DNA of 30,640 nucleotides from a virus (Duplodnaviria; Caudoviricetes), in the IMG/VR virus record IMGVR_UViG_3300032290_000817, positions 1-30,640 of that record. The stretch is one strand, 5' to 3'. The position numbers were made by a program, and so were the translations under genes. This document shows, piece after piece, positions 21,183 to 30,640 of this stretch. Position 1 is the first letter of the stretch. The number at the start of each line of letters is the position of its first letter. Below the pieces are notes generated by a model. The model was not told where the DNA came from, did no database searches, and saw only the letters and a program-made list of their open reading frames with translations.

Positions 21183-23399
21183 TCAAATAGCTTCGTTGGC
21201 GAGAGAGAGGGCTTTGACGATGCGTTCGTCAGGCGCCTGCAATAGCGGCTCCGTCGTCTTACTCTCCTGCTTCTTAGCGGTCTCTGCGGCGCGAACCAAG
21301 GATGCAGCACGAGCAGAGTGGTCGATGCCTACGCGCCCACCTTCCCGCCGCTCGATGCGGCCTCCTGTGGCAGCAACCATGCCGTGTTGTCGCATCCAGT
21401 TCTGCTGATACGTCTGGGGAGTTAGGCCTCGATTAAGCGCAAGAGCTTCAGGAGAGATGCGCCCTTCTGAGTTGCCTGTATACCAGACTAAGGGAACCTT
21501 GGAGACATCACCGCCGTGCCGCGCCAAAATGTCCTCTACTGCGCGGGCTGCAACTGCGTCCTGAACCTCAGGAGGTGCGTGGCGGGCGCTGGAATATTGA
21601 GTGCCAATACCATACTTTCTTGTCCAATCGCGCCATGTTGGGTCTGTAATCTGGTAGGCGCCAGAAGCAGTGGAGCGAGGATCGGGATTTTTAGACCGAT
21701 ACGGGTCGCGCTCTCCGCCACTTTCGCGCACCTTAATGGTGTTGAGGACGCGCCCAACATCACCAGAAGGCGCCTGAGGCGCTTGAGGCTCCCCCATGGC
21801 ATTCCCAATTTGATAAGCCCCGTAAGTTACCGGCTTGCTGACGAGGGGGCTTAGCTTACTAGCCTGCCCCAGGCGGTAATTCACCTCTCCCATAGCCCTG
21901 GGAGACGACGCCAAAATACCCCAAGCCATATGAGGCGAGAAGGCGGCGGTGCCATACATAAGCGCCATATCTAAAAGGTTTCGTGCGCCGCCGGGGGTAA
22001 ATGAATGCAGGGCATGGCCAGCAAGCATATACGGAAGGGCTCGTCCAGATTGAGTGCTGGCGATTTGGTCAAAAAGCTGTTGGCCTGCTAAAGTTTTGGT
22101 ATTCTTGAGTGTTTTTGCAATTGAAGAAAACGCAGCAGACCTTGTCCCCAACGTGCTGGTAAGGTTATTGATATTATCAAGAGAGCTTTTGTATTTATCC
22201 ATAAGCTGGGCATAACCCTTATCATGTGCGATAAGAGAATCCCTTGCTCCATGATAAACTTGCATAATAGCATTTTGCGCTGTGCTATTGCCAGTTTGAT
22301 CGCGCAAGTCCCAAAGGGCTTGCTTTAAGTTATCTAGCCTTTCAAGGGTTTTTTCGCTTTGAGGTAAATTTTTATAGTTATTTACAATCAATTCAGCCTC
22401 GTCTAGCGCCTTATTGGCTGGCGTAAACGTCCCTGGGATTTGGCCATAGCGTTGCCGCGCATCAGCTAAGGCAGTATCTAGGGGAGCCATGTTTATTGGG
22501 GTATTTGGAATGCCTAGCTTTTGCTTTTCTGCCATATATGCAGCGCTATCACTGGCTTTAATTTCACTAATTGATTGCTTTAAGGCGGTTGCTATCTCAG
22601 CAGGATCACCTTTGCCGCTCAGATGAGACAGGAATGCACCACGAAGCACAGGATCAGAAGTCGACCCGGCTTCGCTGGCAACCTTCAGTAAGTTAGGGGA
22701 GACGCCTGTGGAGAGACCTTGGGCCGACCGCATGACGGCTCCTGCCCCCTGGCCTACCCCTTTGGCGACAGCCAAACTGGCTTGGATGGGGTCCATCAAG
22801 GCGCCGGCGACGGACGCGGCCTTGCTGACCGCTCCCAATGACTTTGGCAGCGCGCTAGCGCCCAGCGTGAGCGGGAGAGAAACGTCCATACCAACGCTGA
22901 AGGGGTCGGTAGCCAGGGCGCGCTTAAAGCCGCCCTTGGTGCCGTATTGCTCGCCATAGTGGGCGCCGAGGGCATCAAGAATCTGCTCAGACTGCGGGTT
23001 GCGTTGGCCACCCAGCGCCCCAGACACTTTGGAGTAGGCGCCTTGCCCGACTTGCTTAAACGCCTCCAGAGTCTCGGATGGGTTCATGATGGCGTGACCA
23101 ACATCCGTGAACGCTTTCTTGGCGCTAGGGATGAGGTTCTGTGCGGCGCTGCTGGCGACTTCAGAAAGCGGCATGTTCGCGTATCGCTGCAACTCTTCCT
23201 CGCTTACGCCGGGGCGAGGTTGACGGGGTTGCTGTTGTTGCGGCGCCTGTTGCGGTTGGAAAGAAGAAGATGGGCCTTTCAAATCGAGCCCTGCAAATGG
23301 ATCAATGTCTTCCATGCGCGAAACGGCTGGAAAGTCATTCCCCATGCGAGGAGATGCTTGAATATCAAGCCCACCAAATGGATCATTTTGATTAATCAT
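21183..23399 (-). CDS. Internal virion/ejection protein with C-terminal lysozyme-like (transglycosylase) domain
   Basis: Helical Ala/Gly-rich body; IKVRESGG...STASGAYQITDPTW...APPEVQD lysozyme-like motif. Confidence 0.78.
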   Translation of the reverse strand: MINQNDPFGGLDIQASPRMGNDFPAVSRMEDIDPFAGLDLKGPSSSFQPQQAPQQQQPRQPRPGVSEEELQRYANMPLSEVASSAAQNLIPSAKKAFTDVGHAIMNPSETLEAFKQVGQGAYSKVSGALGGQRNPQSEQILDALGAHYGEQYGTKGGFKRALATDPFSVGMDVSLPLTLGASALPKSLGAVSKAASVAGALMDPIQASLAVAKGVGQGAGAVMRSAQGLSTGVSPNLLKVASEAGSTSDPVLRGAFLSHLSGKGDPAEIATALKQSISEIKASDSAAYMAEKQKLGIPNTPINMAPLDTALADARQRYGQIPGTFTPANKALDEAELIVNNYKNLPQSEKTLERLDNLKQALWDLRDQTGNSTAQNAIMQVYHGARDSLIAHDKGYAQLMDKYKSSLDNINNLTSTLGTRSAAFSSIAKTLKNTKTLAGQQLFDQIASTQSGRALPYMLAGHALHSFTPGGARNLLDMALMYGTAAFSPHMAWGILASSPRAMGEVNYRLGQASKLSPLVSKPVTYGAYQIGNAMGEPQAPQAPSGDVGRVLNTIKVRESGGERDPYRSKNPDPRSTASGAYQITDPTWRDWTRKYGIGTQYSSARHAPPEVQDAVAARAVEDILARHGGDVSKVPLVWYTGNSEGRISPEALALNRGLTPQTYQQNWMRQHGMVAATGGRIERREGGRVGIDHSARAASLVRAAETAKKQESKTTEPLLQAPDERIVKALSLANEAI

Positions 23400-23400
23400 G

Positions 23401-26400
23401 TCAGCCTCCCGACATAAAGTAGCGGCTTAGGCCTCTAATGCCTGTATTCCTGTATAGATATTCTTCAGCTTGCTGAGAAGAAGCATTGCCCTTCTTCATT
23501 AATTCAATTGCTTTTGCCCCTTTGGGATTCATCATAAGCATTTTAAATGCCTGCTGTTCCCTGTTGTATTTTTCCTGACCATTTGTAGAATCAAAGTCAG
23601 TGGCAGCATTATAGGCAGTTCCTTGCGGAGAATAAGATACGTATTGGTCAAGATGAGCATTTTTGTCAATTAAGCGCTGGTTGTGAACAAGCGCATGGGC
23701 AGATAGCTCAGCAGCGGCATCAGGAGGCATAGCAACGCCCGGCTGCGACCGCAAAGCCAACTCAAGTGCTTGCAGAGATCGCTGATCGGCTGCGCTAACA
23801 TTTTGACCAGCCATTGCGTTGTTCAATTTTGCAAGAATAGCAGCGTTTGTATCCGCTGTCCCAGCAATATCTCCGGCGCCAATCATTCTTCCAAATGTAT
23901 TAGCCATGTTTGCAATTTGGGCGCGTTCTGCCGCATATGCACCAGGAGTGCTAAGTGCGTTCCTGTCGCCAGACGTAATTGCGTTTGCAATTGTGCTTGC
24001 AGCTTCAAGGGTATTAAATCTGCCTGCCCTTGCCGCCTCGGCGCCGCTTCTTGTAGATTCCATATATCTACCGCTTTGCTTAATTTGATCTTCGTAATTT
24101 GCGCCCTGCAAATTTTCAGATTGAGCGGTAGCAGGATTAAAGGAAATTCCGCTGCTGACCGCAGGCTCGGAGGGAGCAATAGGCGCGTTTGCCGCGCTGG
24201 CACCTTCATATGGAGCGCCGGAAGGAATGCCTACGGTTTGAAGTCGTTCGCCAGCCGCCACGCGACGCCTGTATTCAGACATCTGCATGGGAACAGTGGC
24301 GCCAGTCTTGGGGTCGATGACAGCCACGACCGGGCCAAGGCCGGGAATGGGAGTGAAAGCAAGGCGAGCCGCGCCAACCTGCTGCATCCCGGTTTCGGCC
24401 TCCGCCTTGGCGCGCTGAGCCATCTGGTTCTGCACATTCCCGTAGGAGCCGGCAGCACCAGCAAGGCCCTGAAGAAAAGCCGAACCTGCGAAGCGGCTAG
24501 GCGACGCCGCCATGGTGCCGACGCCAGTCAGAAGAGGGACAAGCCAGTCCTGGTTGCGCGAGAACCAGCTTCCCTTAGACCCCTCATCCGCTTTTTCAGG
24601 GCGAGCCGCAGGCATGCCGCTCACTCCAGGCGCGGGCGGCTGCATGGCGCCCTGACCCGCCGGAGGAGCGGCAACGCCAGTTACGTCGACCGAAGCGCCT
24701 CCCGGCGTAAGCGGATGCGGACCAACCAACCGATCGCGACCAAGCTCTGGCGCTTGCCGGCGAGGAGAGGCGCCGCCGTCCGAAGAAGACGCAACAGAAG
24801 AAACGCCTCCCGGAGGAGGGGCAACATTTTCCGGAGGAGGCGGAATGCTAGAGCCAATAGGGTTCCCCATTGGGTCGACTTCAGGCATGGAAGGCGCAAC
24901 GCCCGCCCGCCCGCGATTAAGCAGAGCAAGCAATTCAGGGCTATACGAACTACGGTCGGGCGGCGTGTCTCTCAGCCCTTGTAACCCAGGAGGCAGTTGA
25001 GCGCCCCACATCGCCGAAGTGTTGCCTGTCCTGGGGTCGATAGAAGGCTCCAGCGTCATAGGAACACCCCCTCGCGGGAATGTTATCATGGGATTGTTAT
25101 TGTTGGCAATTCGCTGACTAGAAGGCAGCCGAGCTCTTTGTGCCTCTAATGTCATAGGAGCACCCCCTCGCGGGAATGTTATCATGGGATTATCATAATT
25201 GCTGTAATTATTTTGGATTTGCGGCTGATCCGTATCTATCCCCGGAAGAGATAAATTGCCGCGCTCAATATTTTGGGGATTTGGAGTGATGTTTCCTTGC
25301 CCAGCATTTTGATTTACAAAATCACCAAGAGAGCCAACTAGCGGCCCGCCGAAGTTTGCTCCACCAAGATTCCCGCGATAAACTTCTCCAACAGGCAATT
25401 CTCTTTGCCGCTGAGCCTCAGACCTATCATATTGACGCTGCCGCCACTCCGGACGAAGCAGCCGGTTGACATCGTCGCCTTCCTCGCCGGGCTGGCCGCC
25501 CGCTTGGTAGCCATGCCGAGGCGCAATTCCACCATAGGCAAAATGACCACGATGCGCGGCATCTTCGGTAGCACGCCCATAGTCAACGGTCTTGTAGTTA
25601 CCGGCAACACCAACGGCTTCAGGGTGCTTGCGCTCAACTTCCTGCGCAATCAAACCAATCTGCGTCTCGGGATGACCCTTGTAGTTGTATCGATAAACGG
25701 GCTGACCATCAAAAGTCTTGCCAATCTGATGGATGTTTTCCTTCAGGCGCTTGTCAGAAAAAAGAGATGCAAAGCCTGCTATAGAACTGCCAAGCTTAAT
25801 TATATCGCCACCAAGGCCACCGGACTGACCAGAACCAGCCGGTGCGGTCTTAAGAGCGGGGATATCTAGCTTTTCGTTTGGAACAAAAGAAGGAACGCCA
25901 TAAGGACTTGCATCATCCTCATTGTTCACGCGCCCATTTGTGGCGTAACCCCTGATTGCGCCGCCATGCGCTTTCTTAAAAATAGACTCGTAAAGTTCAG
26001 TGCCTGCATCAATAAGTGTTTTCCCGGCTTTAACATTTTCTGCAAAATGGCGATAATCATCTCCAGTGCTAGCCTGAGCCGGCGGAGGAGAGGCAACTGC
26101 CAAACGCCCAGGCGACATGCTGCCTTGCGGGATGTTGAGACCTTGCGTTTGACCGCCAAGACCAGCACCAATTGGCGTGCCATGAACCCTGTTTAAGATA
26201 TGAGTAAAATAATTATCAGACATAAAAGGCTTATCAACCATACCGCCGAAGGCAAAACCTTCGCCAGCACGCTCCGGCACAACGCCACCACCCATAGACG
26301 CGCCGCCATAGGCAAAGTGCCCACGATGCGCTGCATCCTCAGTGGCACGATCATAGTCTACAGTCTTGTAGCCGCCAGCAAGACCGACAGCTTCAGGATG

Positions 26401-27690
26401 CTTGCGCTCAACGTCCTGTGCAATCAAACCAATCTGAGTGCCGCGCTGCCCCTTGTAGTTGTAGCGGTAGATCGGCTGCCCATCGAAGGTCTCGCCAACC
26501 TGATGGACATTCTCCTTGAGGCGCTTGTCAGAAAAGAACGAGGTGGGCTGCGTCGTTGTCGTCGTAGAGCCCGAATTGGCGCCAGTCCCCATGGCAATGT
26601 TGGCAAGGAACTGCGCCGTCTGGAACGGGTAGCCCTGCTGCTGGAGGAACTGATTATAGAGGGCAGAGTTCTGCGCCTGCTGCGTCTGCTGTTCCTGCGT
26701 TCCGGCAGCCAACTGCGCCGAGGCACCCTGCAAGGCGGCGCCCTGTGCGCCAGTGCCAAGGGCGGCAAGGTTCTGAGCCGTCTTCTCGCCCATGCCATAG
26801 ATGCCCTGACCCAGCCCGGCAATCTGCTGGCCAGCCGTCAGGCCCTGCCCAAATTGCTGCTGCCCCAGGCCTGCAAGCTGACCGGCAGTGGCGGCGCCCT
26901 GGCCAAACTGCTGCTGGCCAATACCCATCATCTGGCCGGCGCCAGCCTGCAAGGCGGCGCGATTAGCCTGCTGAGCGCCAAGGCCAAACCCCTGCTGCTG
27001 CTGCGCCGTCCCCAGCGCCTGCCCGTAGCCGGTGTTGTAGAGGTTCGCGATGGTCTGCTGATTGGCAAGGTTCTGCTTATAGGCGAGGTTGGCCGCCGCG
27101 ACGCCCGCCCTATCCCCGCCAAAGGCGCCAGACCTGATGGCGTCGCTGGTAAGCTGCGACTGCTGCTCCTGGTTCTGCTGGTTCATCGCCTGCATGGTCG
27201 CGCCGACCACGTTGTTGAGGTATGGCGACATATACTGGTTGATTGCGCCCTGCCCCAGGTAGGTCGGGTTTACGGCCTGCGTGCCTGCCAGGGCAAGGCC
27301 AGTGGCGGCCTGATTGTAGGGCTGTGCGGCGGCTTGAGCGCCCTGTAGTGCCCCATACGACTCCTGGCCAAGCTGCGCCCCCAGGCCGTAGGCGCCGCCA
27401 TACACGTCCATCGCGGCGCCGTAGTAGGGGGTCGCGGCCTGCTGGCCTTGCAGGAGGGATTCGGTGGCGCCAGTGAAGTAGGGCTGGGCCTGCCCGGCGG
27501 CCTGATTGACGTTGGCAACCGCAGCGTTCTGCGTGCTGGTCATCGGCGCCACAAACTGCCCCTGGTAGGGCTGGTAGGGCGTCTGCGCAACATCGGAGGC
27601 ATACTTATTGACGGCGTTGTATCTCGCCATAACATCCGGCGGAATCTGAACGCTGGAGGTCGAAGTCGAGGTCTTGCCGCTGCCGCTCAT
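23401..27690 (-). CDS. Large internal virion/DNA-transfer protein with two internal peptidase S74 domains
   Basis: Gln/Ala/Gly-rich N-terminus (NQYMSPYLNNVV...GAFGGDR); SDKRLKEN...IGLIAQ.VE...PEAV...YKTVDY at residues 387 and 645. Confidence 0.82.
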   Translation of the reverse strand: MSGSGKTSTSTSSVQIPPDVMARYNAVNKYASDVAQTPYQPYQGQFVAPMTSTQNAAVANVNQAAGQAQPYFTGATESLLQGQQAATPYYGAAMDVYGGAYGLGAQLGQESYGALQGAQAAAQPYNQAATGLALAGTQAVNPTYLGQGAINQYMSPYLNNVVGATMQAMNQQNQEQQSQLTSDAIRSGAFGGDRAGVAAANLAYKQNLANQQTIANLYNTGYGQALGTAQQQQGFGLGAQQANRAALQAGAGQMMGIGQQQFGQGAATAGQLAGLGQQQFGQGLTAGQQIAGLGQGIYGMGEKTAQNLAALGTGAQGAALQGASAQLAAGTQEQQTQQAQNSALYNQFLQQQGYPFQTAQFLANIAMGTGANSGSTTTTTQPTSFFSDKRLKENVHQVGETFDGQPIYRYNYKGQRGTQIGLIAQDVERKHPEAVGLAGGYKTVDYDRATEDAAHRGHFAYGGASMGGGVVPERAGEGFAFGGMVDKPFMSDNYFTHILNRVHGTPIGAGLGGQTQGLNIPQGSMSPGRLAVASPPPAQASTGDDYRHFAENVKAGKTLIDAGTELYESIFKKAHGGAIRGYATNGRVNNEDDASPYGVPSFVPNEKLDIPALKTAPAGSGQSGGLGGDIIKLGSSIAGFASLFSDKRLKENIHQIGKTFDGQPVYRYNYKGHPETQIGLIAQEVERKHPEAVGVAGNYKTVDYGRATEDAAHRGHFAYGGIAPRHGYQAGGQPGEEGDDVNRLLRPEWRQRQYDRSEAQRQRELPVGEVYRGNLGGANFGGPLVGSLGDFVNQNAGQGNITPNPQNIERGNLSLPGIDTDQPQIQNNYSNYDNPMITFPRGGAPMTLEAQRARLPSSQRIANNNNPMITFPRGGVPMTLEPSIDPRTGNTSAMWGAQLPPGLQGLRDTPPDRSSYSPELLALLNRGRAGVAPSMPEVDPMGNPIGSSIPPPPENVAPPPGGVSSVASSSDGGASPRRQAPELGRDRLVGPHPLTPGGASVDVTGVAAPPAGQGAMQPPAPGVSGMPAARPEKADEGSKGSWFSRNQDWLVPLLTGVGTMAASPSRFAGSAFLQGLAGAAGSYGNVQNQMAQRAKAEAETGMQQVGAARLAFTPIPGLGPVVAVIDPKTGATVPMQMSEYRRRVAAGERLQTVGIPSGAPYEGASAANAPIAPSEPAVSSGISFNPATAQSENLQGANYEDQIKQSGRYMESTRSGAEAARAGRFNTLEAASTIANAITSGDRNALSTPGAYAAERAQIANMANTFGRMIGAGDIAGTADTNAAILAKLNNAMAGQNVSAADQRSLQALELALRSQPGVAMPPDAAAELSAHALVHNQRLIDKNAHLDQYVSYSPQGTAYNAATDFDSTNGQEKYNREQQAFKMLMMNPKGAKAIELMKKGNASSQQAEEYLYRNTGIRGLSRYFMSGG
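25055..25191 (-). repeat. 41-nt direct repeat (NPMITFPRGG[A/V]PM), 96 nt apart
   Basis: 25055-25095 and 25151-25191 differ at one base. Confidence 0.85.
25528..26532 (-). repeat. Direct duplication of a 231-nt S74 module (26302-26532 and 25528-25758)
   Basis: 77-aa units identical at 66/77 positions by manual alignment, 774 nt apart. Confidence 0.9.
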
Positions 27691-28178
27691 CTAGGATGAT
27701 CCTTCAACAACTTCGTCGTCGCCCCATAGAGGAAAAAAGCTCCGGTGGGCTCTCCGAATTTCCTCTTATAAAGCCTGACCTTGGCTTCTGTCCGATTGTT
27801 GCTCAATACACCAATAATCAGTGGGATGCCAAGGCTATCCGATACCTCTTTCGCAAAGTCGCAAAGCTTCCCGGCCCGGCCGCCCTTGGCGCTCCTGTAT
27901 TCCGGGTGAACGAAAATCGCTTTCTCTTCAATGACATCCTGGTCAGAATACCACATCTTGCCGGTTCGCAGGAGAATCGCGGCTTCCAGCTTGTGTCCAG
28001 GCTCACCGATAACGCCCATGATGCCATGATCGTTGTTTAACGCTGGCCAAATATCTTGAAGAAGTTTTGCCGGGTTAGGGTCAACAAATCCATTTTCATC
28101 AGTAGCCATCATGGCCAACTCCATAACCGCGTCAATGTCGGCAGGAGTTCCAATCCGAATCTTGATGTCTTCAGACAT
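27687..28178 (-). CDS. GNAT-fold acetyltransferase-like virion-operon protein
   Basis: IKIRIGTPADIDAV...IFVHPEYRSAKGG...RLYKR; located next to internal virion protein genes. Confidence 0.8.
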   Translation of the reverse strand: MSEDIKIRIGTPADIDAVMELAMMATDENGFVDPNPAKLLQDIWPALNNDHGIMGVIGEPGHKLEAAILLRTGKMWYSDQDVIEEKAIFVHPEYRSAKGGRAGKLCDFAKEVSDSLGIPLIIGVLSNNRTEAKVRLYKRKFGEPTGAFFLYGATTKLLKDHPR

Positions 28179-28185
28179 AAATGCA

Positions 28186-28815
28186 CTAATCCTTCTTTGG
28201 CCCAGGGAGGCTTTTGAGGGTTTTGACGGTTTTTGCCCTCATTTGCTTGACAAACTCATCAAGGATTTTATGGCCATCGTCAAGCGAGCCGCCACCAAGA
28301 TGCTCAACAGACTTGGGGTCGATTACATACTCGCCACCGGCGGCGACAATCGGGACGGTGCCTGTAGAACCACCTGCGGCCTTGTGGGGCATAGGCGCGC
28401 CGTAGGGCAGACCACGACCACCGTAAGGCGTGCCGGCGCCCATGAAGGGCGAGGAGAAGATGTTTTTGGCCACCTTGAAGCCGGCCATCGTGTTCCCCTC
28501 GCCCATGGCGCTGATGATGTCGGCGGGGATGACGTAGGAGCCGGAGGCGACGTGCATCGGCAGGTGGTCCGTGCGACCGGCCACAGGGCTGTGGATGGGG
28601 CCTGAATGAACCTTGGTTGTCGTGCCGCCCTCAAAGGCAGACGGAACGTCAGGCATCGAAGGCTCCGGCGGGGAGAAGGGGCCGCCACCAGCCTTAACCT
28701 TCCTGGCCGTGTTCAGCGCCGCCGCAATCGCCTGATCCTGCGGATGGCCAGCGTGGACCATCTCGCGGATGTTGTGGCTGATCGTCTTTTGGCTCTTGCC
28801 GGAAACTAGGGGCAT
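28186..28815 (-). CDS. Virion-associated protein
   Basis: [26 protein letters not shown] module, plus two related motifs [16 protein letters not shown] and [14 protein letters not shown]. Confidence 0.7.
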   Translation of the reverse strand: MPLVSGKSQKTISHNIREMVHAGHPQDQAIAAALNTARKVKAGGGPFSPPEPSMPDVPSAFEGGTTTKVHSGPIHSPVAGRTDHLPMHVASGSYVIPADIISAMGEGNTMAGFKVAKNIFSSPFMGAGTPYGGRGLPYGAPMPHKAAGGSTGTVPIVAAGGEYVIDPKSVEHLGGGSLDDGHKILDEFVKQMRAKTVKTLKSLPGPKKD

Positions 28816-28824
28816 GACGTCACC

Positions 28825-30123
28825 TCAGACGGACAGGTTGTAGAACTGAAGGGTGGCAATGCCAGCGCCGGTAGGGGAGTTGTTTAGCCCTCGCGCTGCC
28901 ACGGTAAATGTGTCGCTGGCGCCAAACCCATTGCCAGTCAAGGATGCAGTCAGACCTAACTGAAGGTCAAAGTTATAGCCGGTGGGGGCCAAAATGTTCT
29001 GCGTTGCCTGATTGGTTGACGCTGCAAAATCAGACTGAGCAATAGCGTCGACAGATGGCGCAACCGCAACTGTAGCTGCGGTATCAACATCAACTTGGCC
29101 GGCAGAAATAGCACCAGCCGCCCACGTAGCCCCCGTAAGCGTTGCATTCTTGATTAAAGCAACTTCGTAGTTCCCGCTGGCTGTTGGCAGGAAATTAACA
29201 GTCGATGGAATGACGACAGTGCCATAATACGAAGAATTGATCCTGATTGAAACTAAAGGTGTAAACGTCAAGCCGGTATTGTTGGCGACAGATACGCCGT
29301 TGCCACTTGCTCGCGCCAGATATGGAAACGAAACCTGTTCATAACCACCTTCAGAAATGACCGTAGCGCAAATCTGCTGCAATGTGGCAGAAGATGCGGT
29401 GGTGCCCGTAGTCAGAATCTCATACCTAAGCGGCAGAGTGGCGGTCTGCATATAGACAGTTGTTTGCGTGTTGGCGTTTTGAAAAGTGTGCGCCGTCTGA
29501 AAGGCGCCATTTACAATAAACCCAACCTGAACATTGCCGACGCCAAGCCACTCAAATGACATGAACATGATCTGCGTCTTAGTCAAATCAAGCGTGATGC
29601 CACTAGGGCCGGTGCCGTTGAACTTATCGACGTTCCAATTGGCCTGGGTGACGAATCGGGAATTGTTGACAGAGCCACTGGTGTAAGTGCGAACAACGAA
29701 AGAAACCTGCGTTCCCGCCTGCTCCAGGTAGACGCCATTGTAGGCGCTGTAGTAGCCCACGCGCTGCGTTAGGTTCGCCTGGGCGGCAGCAAAAGAGAAG
29801 GTCTGAAGCGTCAGCAGGCTCTTGCCGGGCTGGTAGGGGAAGACGCGGTAGGTCTGGGCAAGAACATGCGAGCCTGATGTCGTCGTGACAGACAGGGCGA
29901 CGGCGCTCTGATTGGTGACGTAGGTTGCCGTGCCGCCTGTCGCTGTGGCAAAGCTGAATGACGCATCGGCTGCAAATCGGCTCTGAGAGTCGAACAGCGT
30001 GAACGGCTGAGAGACACGAAGCCGCCCGAAGGCGTCAACCGTGTTGCCAGTAAACTGAGAAATCTGCGCCGTGATAGCCGACGATGAGCCAGACCCAAGA
30101 GGCGGGAATTGGGTGATTGTCAC
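28825..30123 (-). CDS. Beta-rich virion structural protein (DAFGRLRVS motif)
   Basis: Thr/Ser/Ala-rich; DAFGRLRVSQPFTLFDS, YQPGKS, FEWLGVG, YMQTATLPLRYEI; GTGA overlap with the upstream gene. Confidence 0.72.
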   Translation of the reverse strand: MTITQFPPLGSGSSSAITAQISQFTGNTVDAFGRLRVSQPFTLFDSQSRFAADASFSFATATGGTATYVTNQSAVALSVTTTSGSHVLAQTYRVFPYQPGKSLLTLQTFSFAAAQANLTQRVGYYSAYNGVYLEQAGTQVSFVVRTYTSGSVNNSRFVTQANWNVDKFNGTGPSGITLDLTKTQIMFMSFEWLGVGNVQVGFIVNGAFQTAHTFQNANTQTTVYMQTATLPLRYEILTTGTTASSATLQQICATVISEGGYEQVSFPYLARASGNGVSVANNTGLTFTPLVSIRINSSYYGTVVIPSTVNFLPTASGNYEVALIKNATLTGATWAAGAISAGQVDVDTAATVAVAPSVDAIAQSDFAASTNQATQNILAPTGYNFDLQLGLTASLTGNGFGASDTFTVAARGLNNSPTGAGIATLQFYNLSV

Positions 30124-30536
30124 GTCGAGCTACCCCCGGATATCGTCACAGTGACGCCGGCAGCCGACGCATACCCCTGAATCGTCGCCCCAGCCCCAAT
30201 AATTTGGGTGCTTTCCCACAAAACGGTAGTGCCAGCAGGGACCGCAGTGTTGTAAAATATCGCGTTTCCTGTTCCGGCAACGCCACCAGAAGGCACAAAA
30301 AACAAATACACATTGATTGCAGAAGACGTGGTGTTGCAGATATTGATAGAGTTTACATGTGAACTTGCCCCAGAAGATGAGGTGTATAGCGTAGAAACTG
30401 ATGTGGTAAGCGCTGTTTGGCAAAGCTGAACTGTGGTGATGTTGTTATAAACGCTAAGAAGATAAGACGCAAGATTATTGATGGCAATTACGCCATTCTT
30501 TTGCGTCGTCAAAATATCAGAGAGGGATGCGCTCAT
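30120..30536 (-). CDS. Small virion structural protein (138 aa)
   Basis: In the late operon, TGATG overlap with the upstream gene; beta-rich (SINICNTT...). Confidence 0.7.
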   Translation of the reverse strand: MSASLSDILTTQKNGVIAINNLASYLLSVYNNITTVQLCQTALTTSVSTLYTSSSGASSHVNSINICNTTSSAINVYLFFVPSGGVAGTGNAIFYNTAVPAGTTVLWESTQIIGAGATIQGYASAAGVTVTISGGSST

Positions 30537-30640
30537 CAGAATTTACCATCCGGCTGGAGCCTATACCTAATGTTCCCAAGCCTCCAGAAGCTATCAATGT
30601 CGCTGCTGGCAATGCCGATTGAGACAAGGCGCCCACGGAA
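30536..30640 (-). CDS. 3' end of a tail tubular/DNA-stabilisation (P22 gp10-like) protein, partial
   Basis: Manual translation FRGRLVSIGIASSDIDSFWRLGNIRYRLQPDGKF*; this C-terminal pattern is one I associate with podovirus tail nozzle proteins. Confidence 0.6.
   Translation of the reverse strand, partial: FRGRLVSIGIASSDIDSFWRLGNIRYRLQPDGKF

Noticed and set aside
25528-26532. Repeat pair as a diversity-generating retroelement TR/VR
   Set aside because: Both copies are in-frame coding S74 domains with mostly conservative differences, and no reverse transcriptase is present in the window.
23770-27348. Long plus-strand ORFs (404 aa and 382 aa) opposite the large virion gene
   Set aside because: Low-complexity Arg/Leu-rich shadows of a biased gene, with no motifs.
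1-30640. Integrase, repressor, lysis cassette, portal and major capsid genes; genome-wide stop-codon reassignment
   Set aside because: None of these genes is recognisable in the window. Head genes probably lie beyond the edges, so lifestyle cannot be called. Genes end normally at TAA, TAG and TGA with tight packing, so there is no evidence of recoding.

Overview
This window is most of a tailed, podovirus-like dsDNA phage genome (or prophage). The host is probably an Alphaproteobacterium, judging from a GapR/DUF2312 gene, an alpha-r8/MmgR-like sRNA and GANTC-bearing repeats. From 1 to 8915 the genes are on the minus strand: terL (runs off the left edge and is missing from the ORF track), terS, small genes, a Mom-like DNA modification enzyme, a GapR-like protein, a primase-polymerase/helicase with a candidate iteron origin, and a RuvC-like resolvase. 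From 9009 to 19155 they are on the plus strand: tRNA-Leu(UAA), a beta-clamp-like protein, a UvrD-like helicase, an sRNA, a PD-(D/E)XK nuclease, a putative SSB, a Lar-like protein and many small early genes. From 19164 to 30640 they are on the minus strand again: the end of the virion operon (tail fibre, ejection/internal virion proteins, GNAT). The main discovery is a 354-aa intein in terL, inserted at the Walker B motif, with no recognisable endonuclease in its own frame. Instead, a complete 249-aa NUMOD4-HNH endonuclease is encoded on the opposite strand, codon-for-codon antiparallel and entirely inside the intein. Both frames are open, and a candidate promoter and RBS for the nuclease also lie within the intein. 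Other highlights are the phage-borne alpha-r8/MmgR-like sRNA, a virion protein with two internal S74 autocleavage domains, helically phased GANTC iterons and repeated promoter-hairpin-RBS cassettes. All assignments come from manual translation and motif recognition; no database searches were run.
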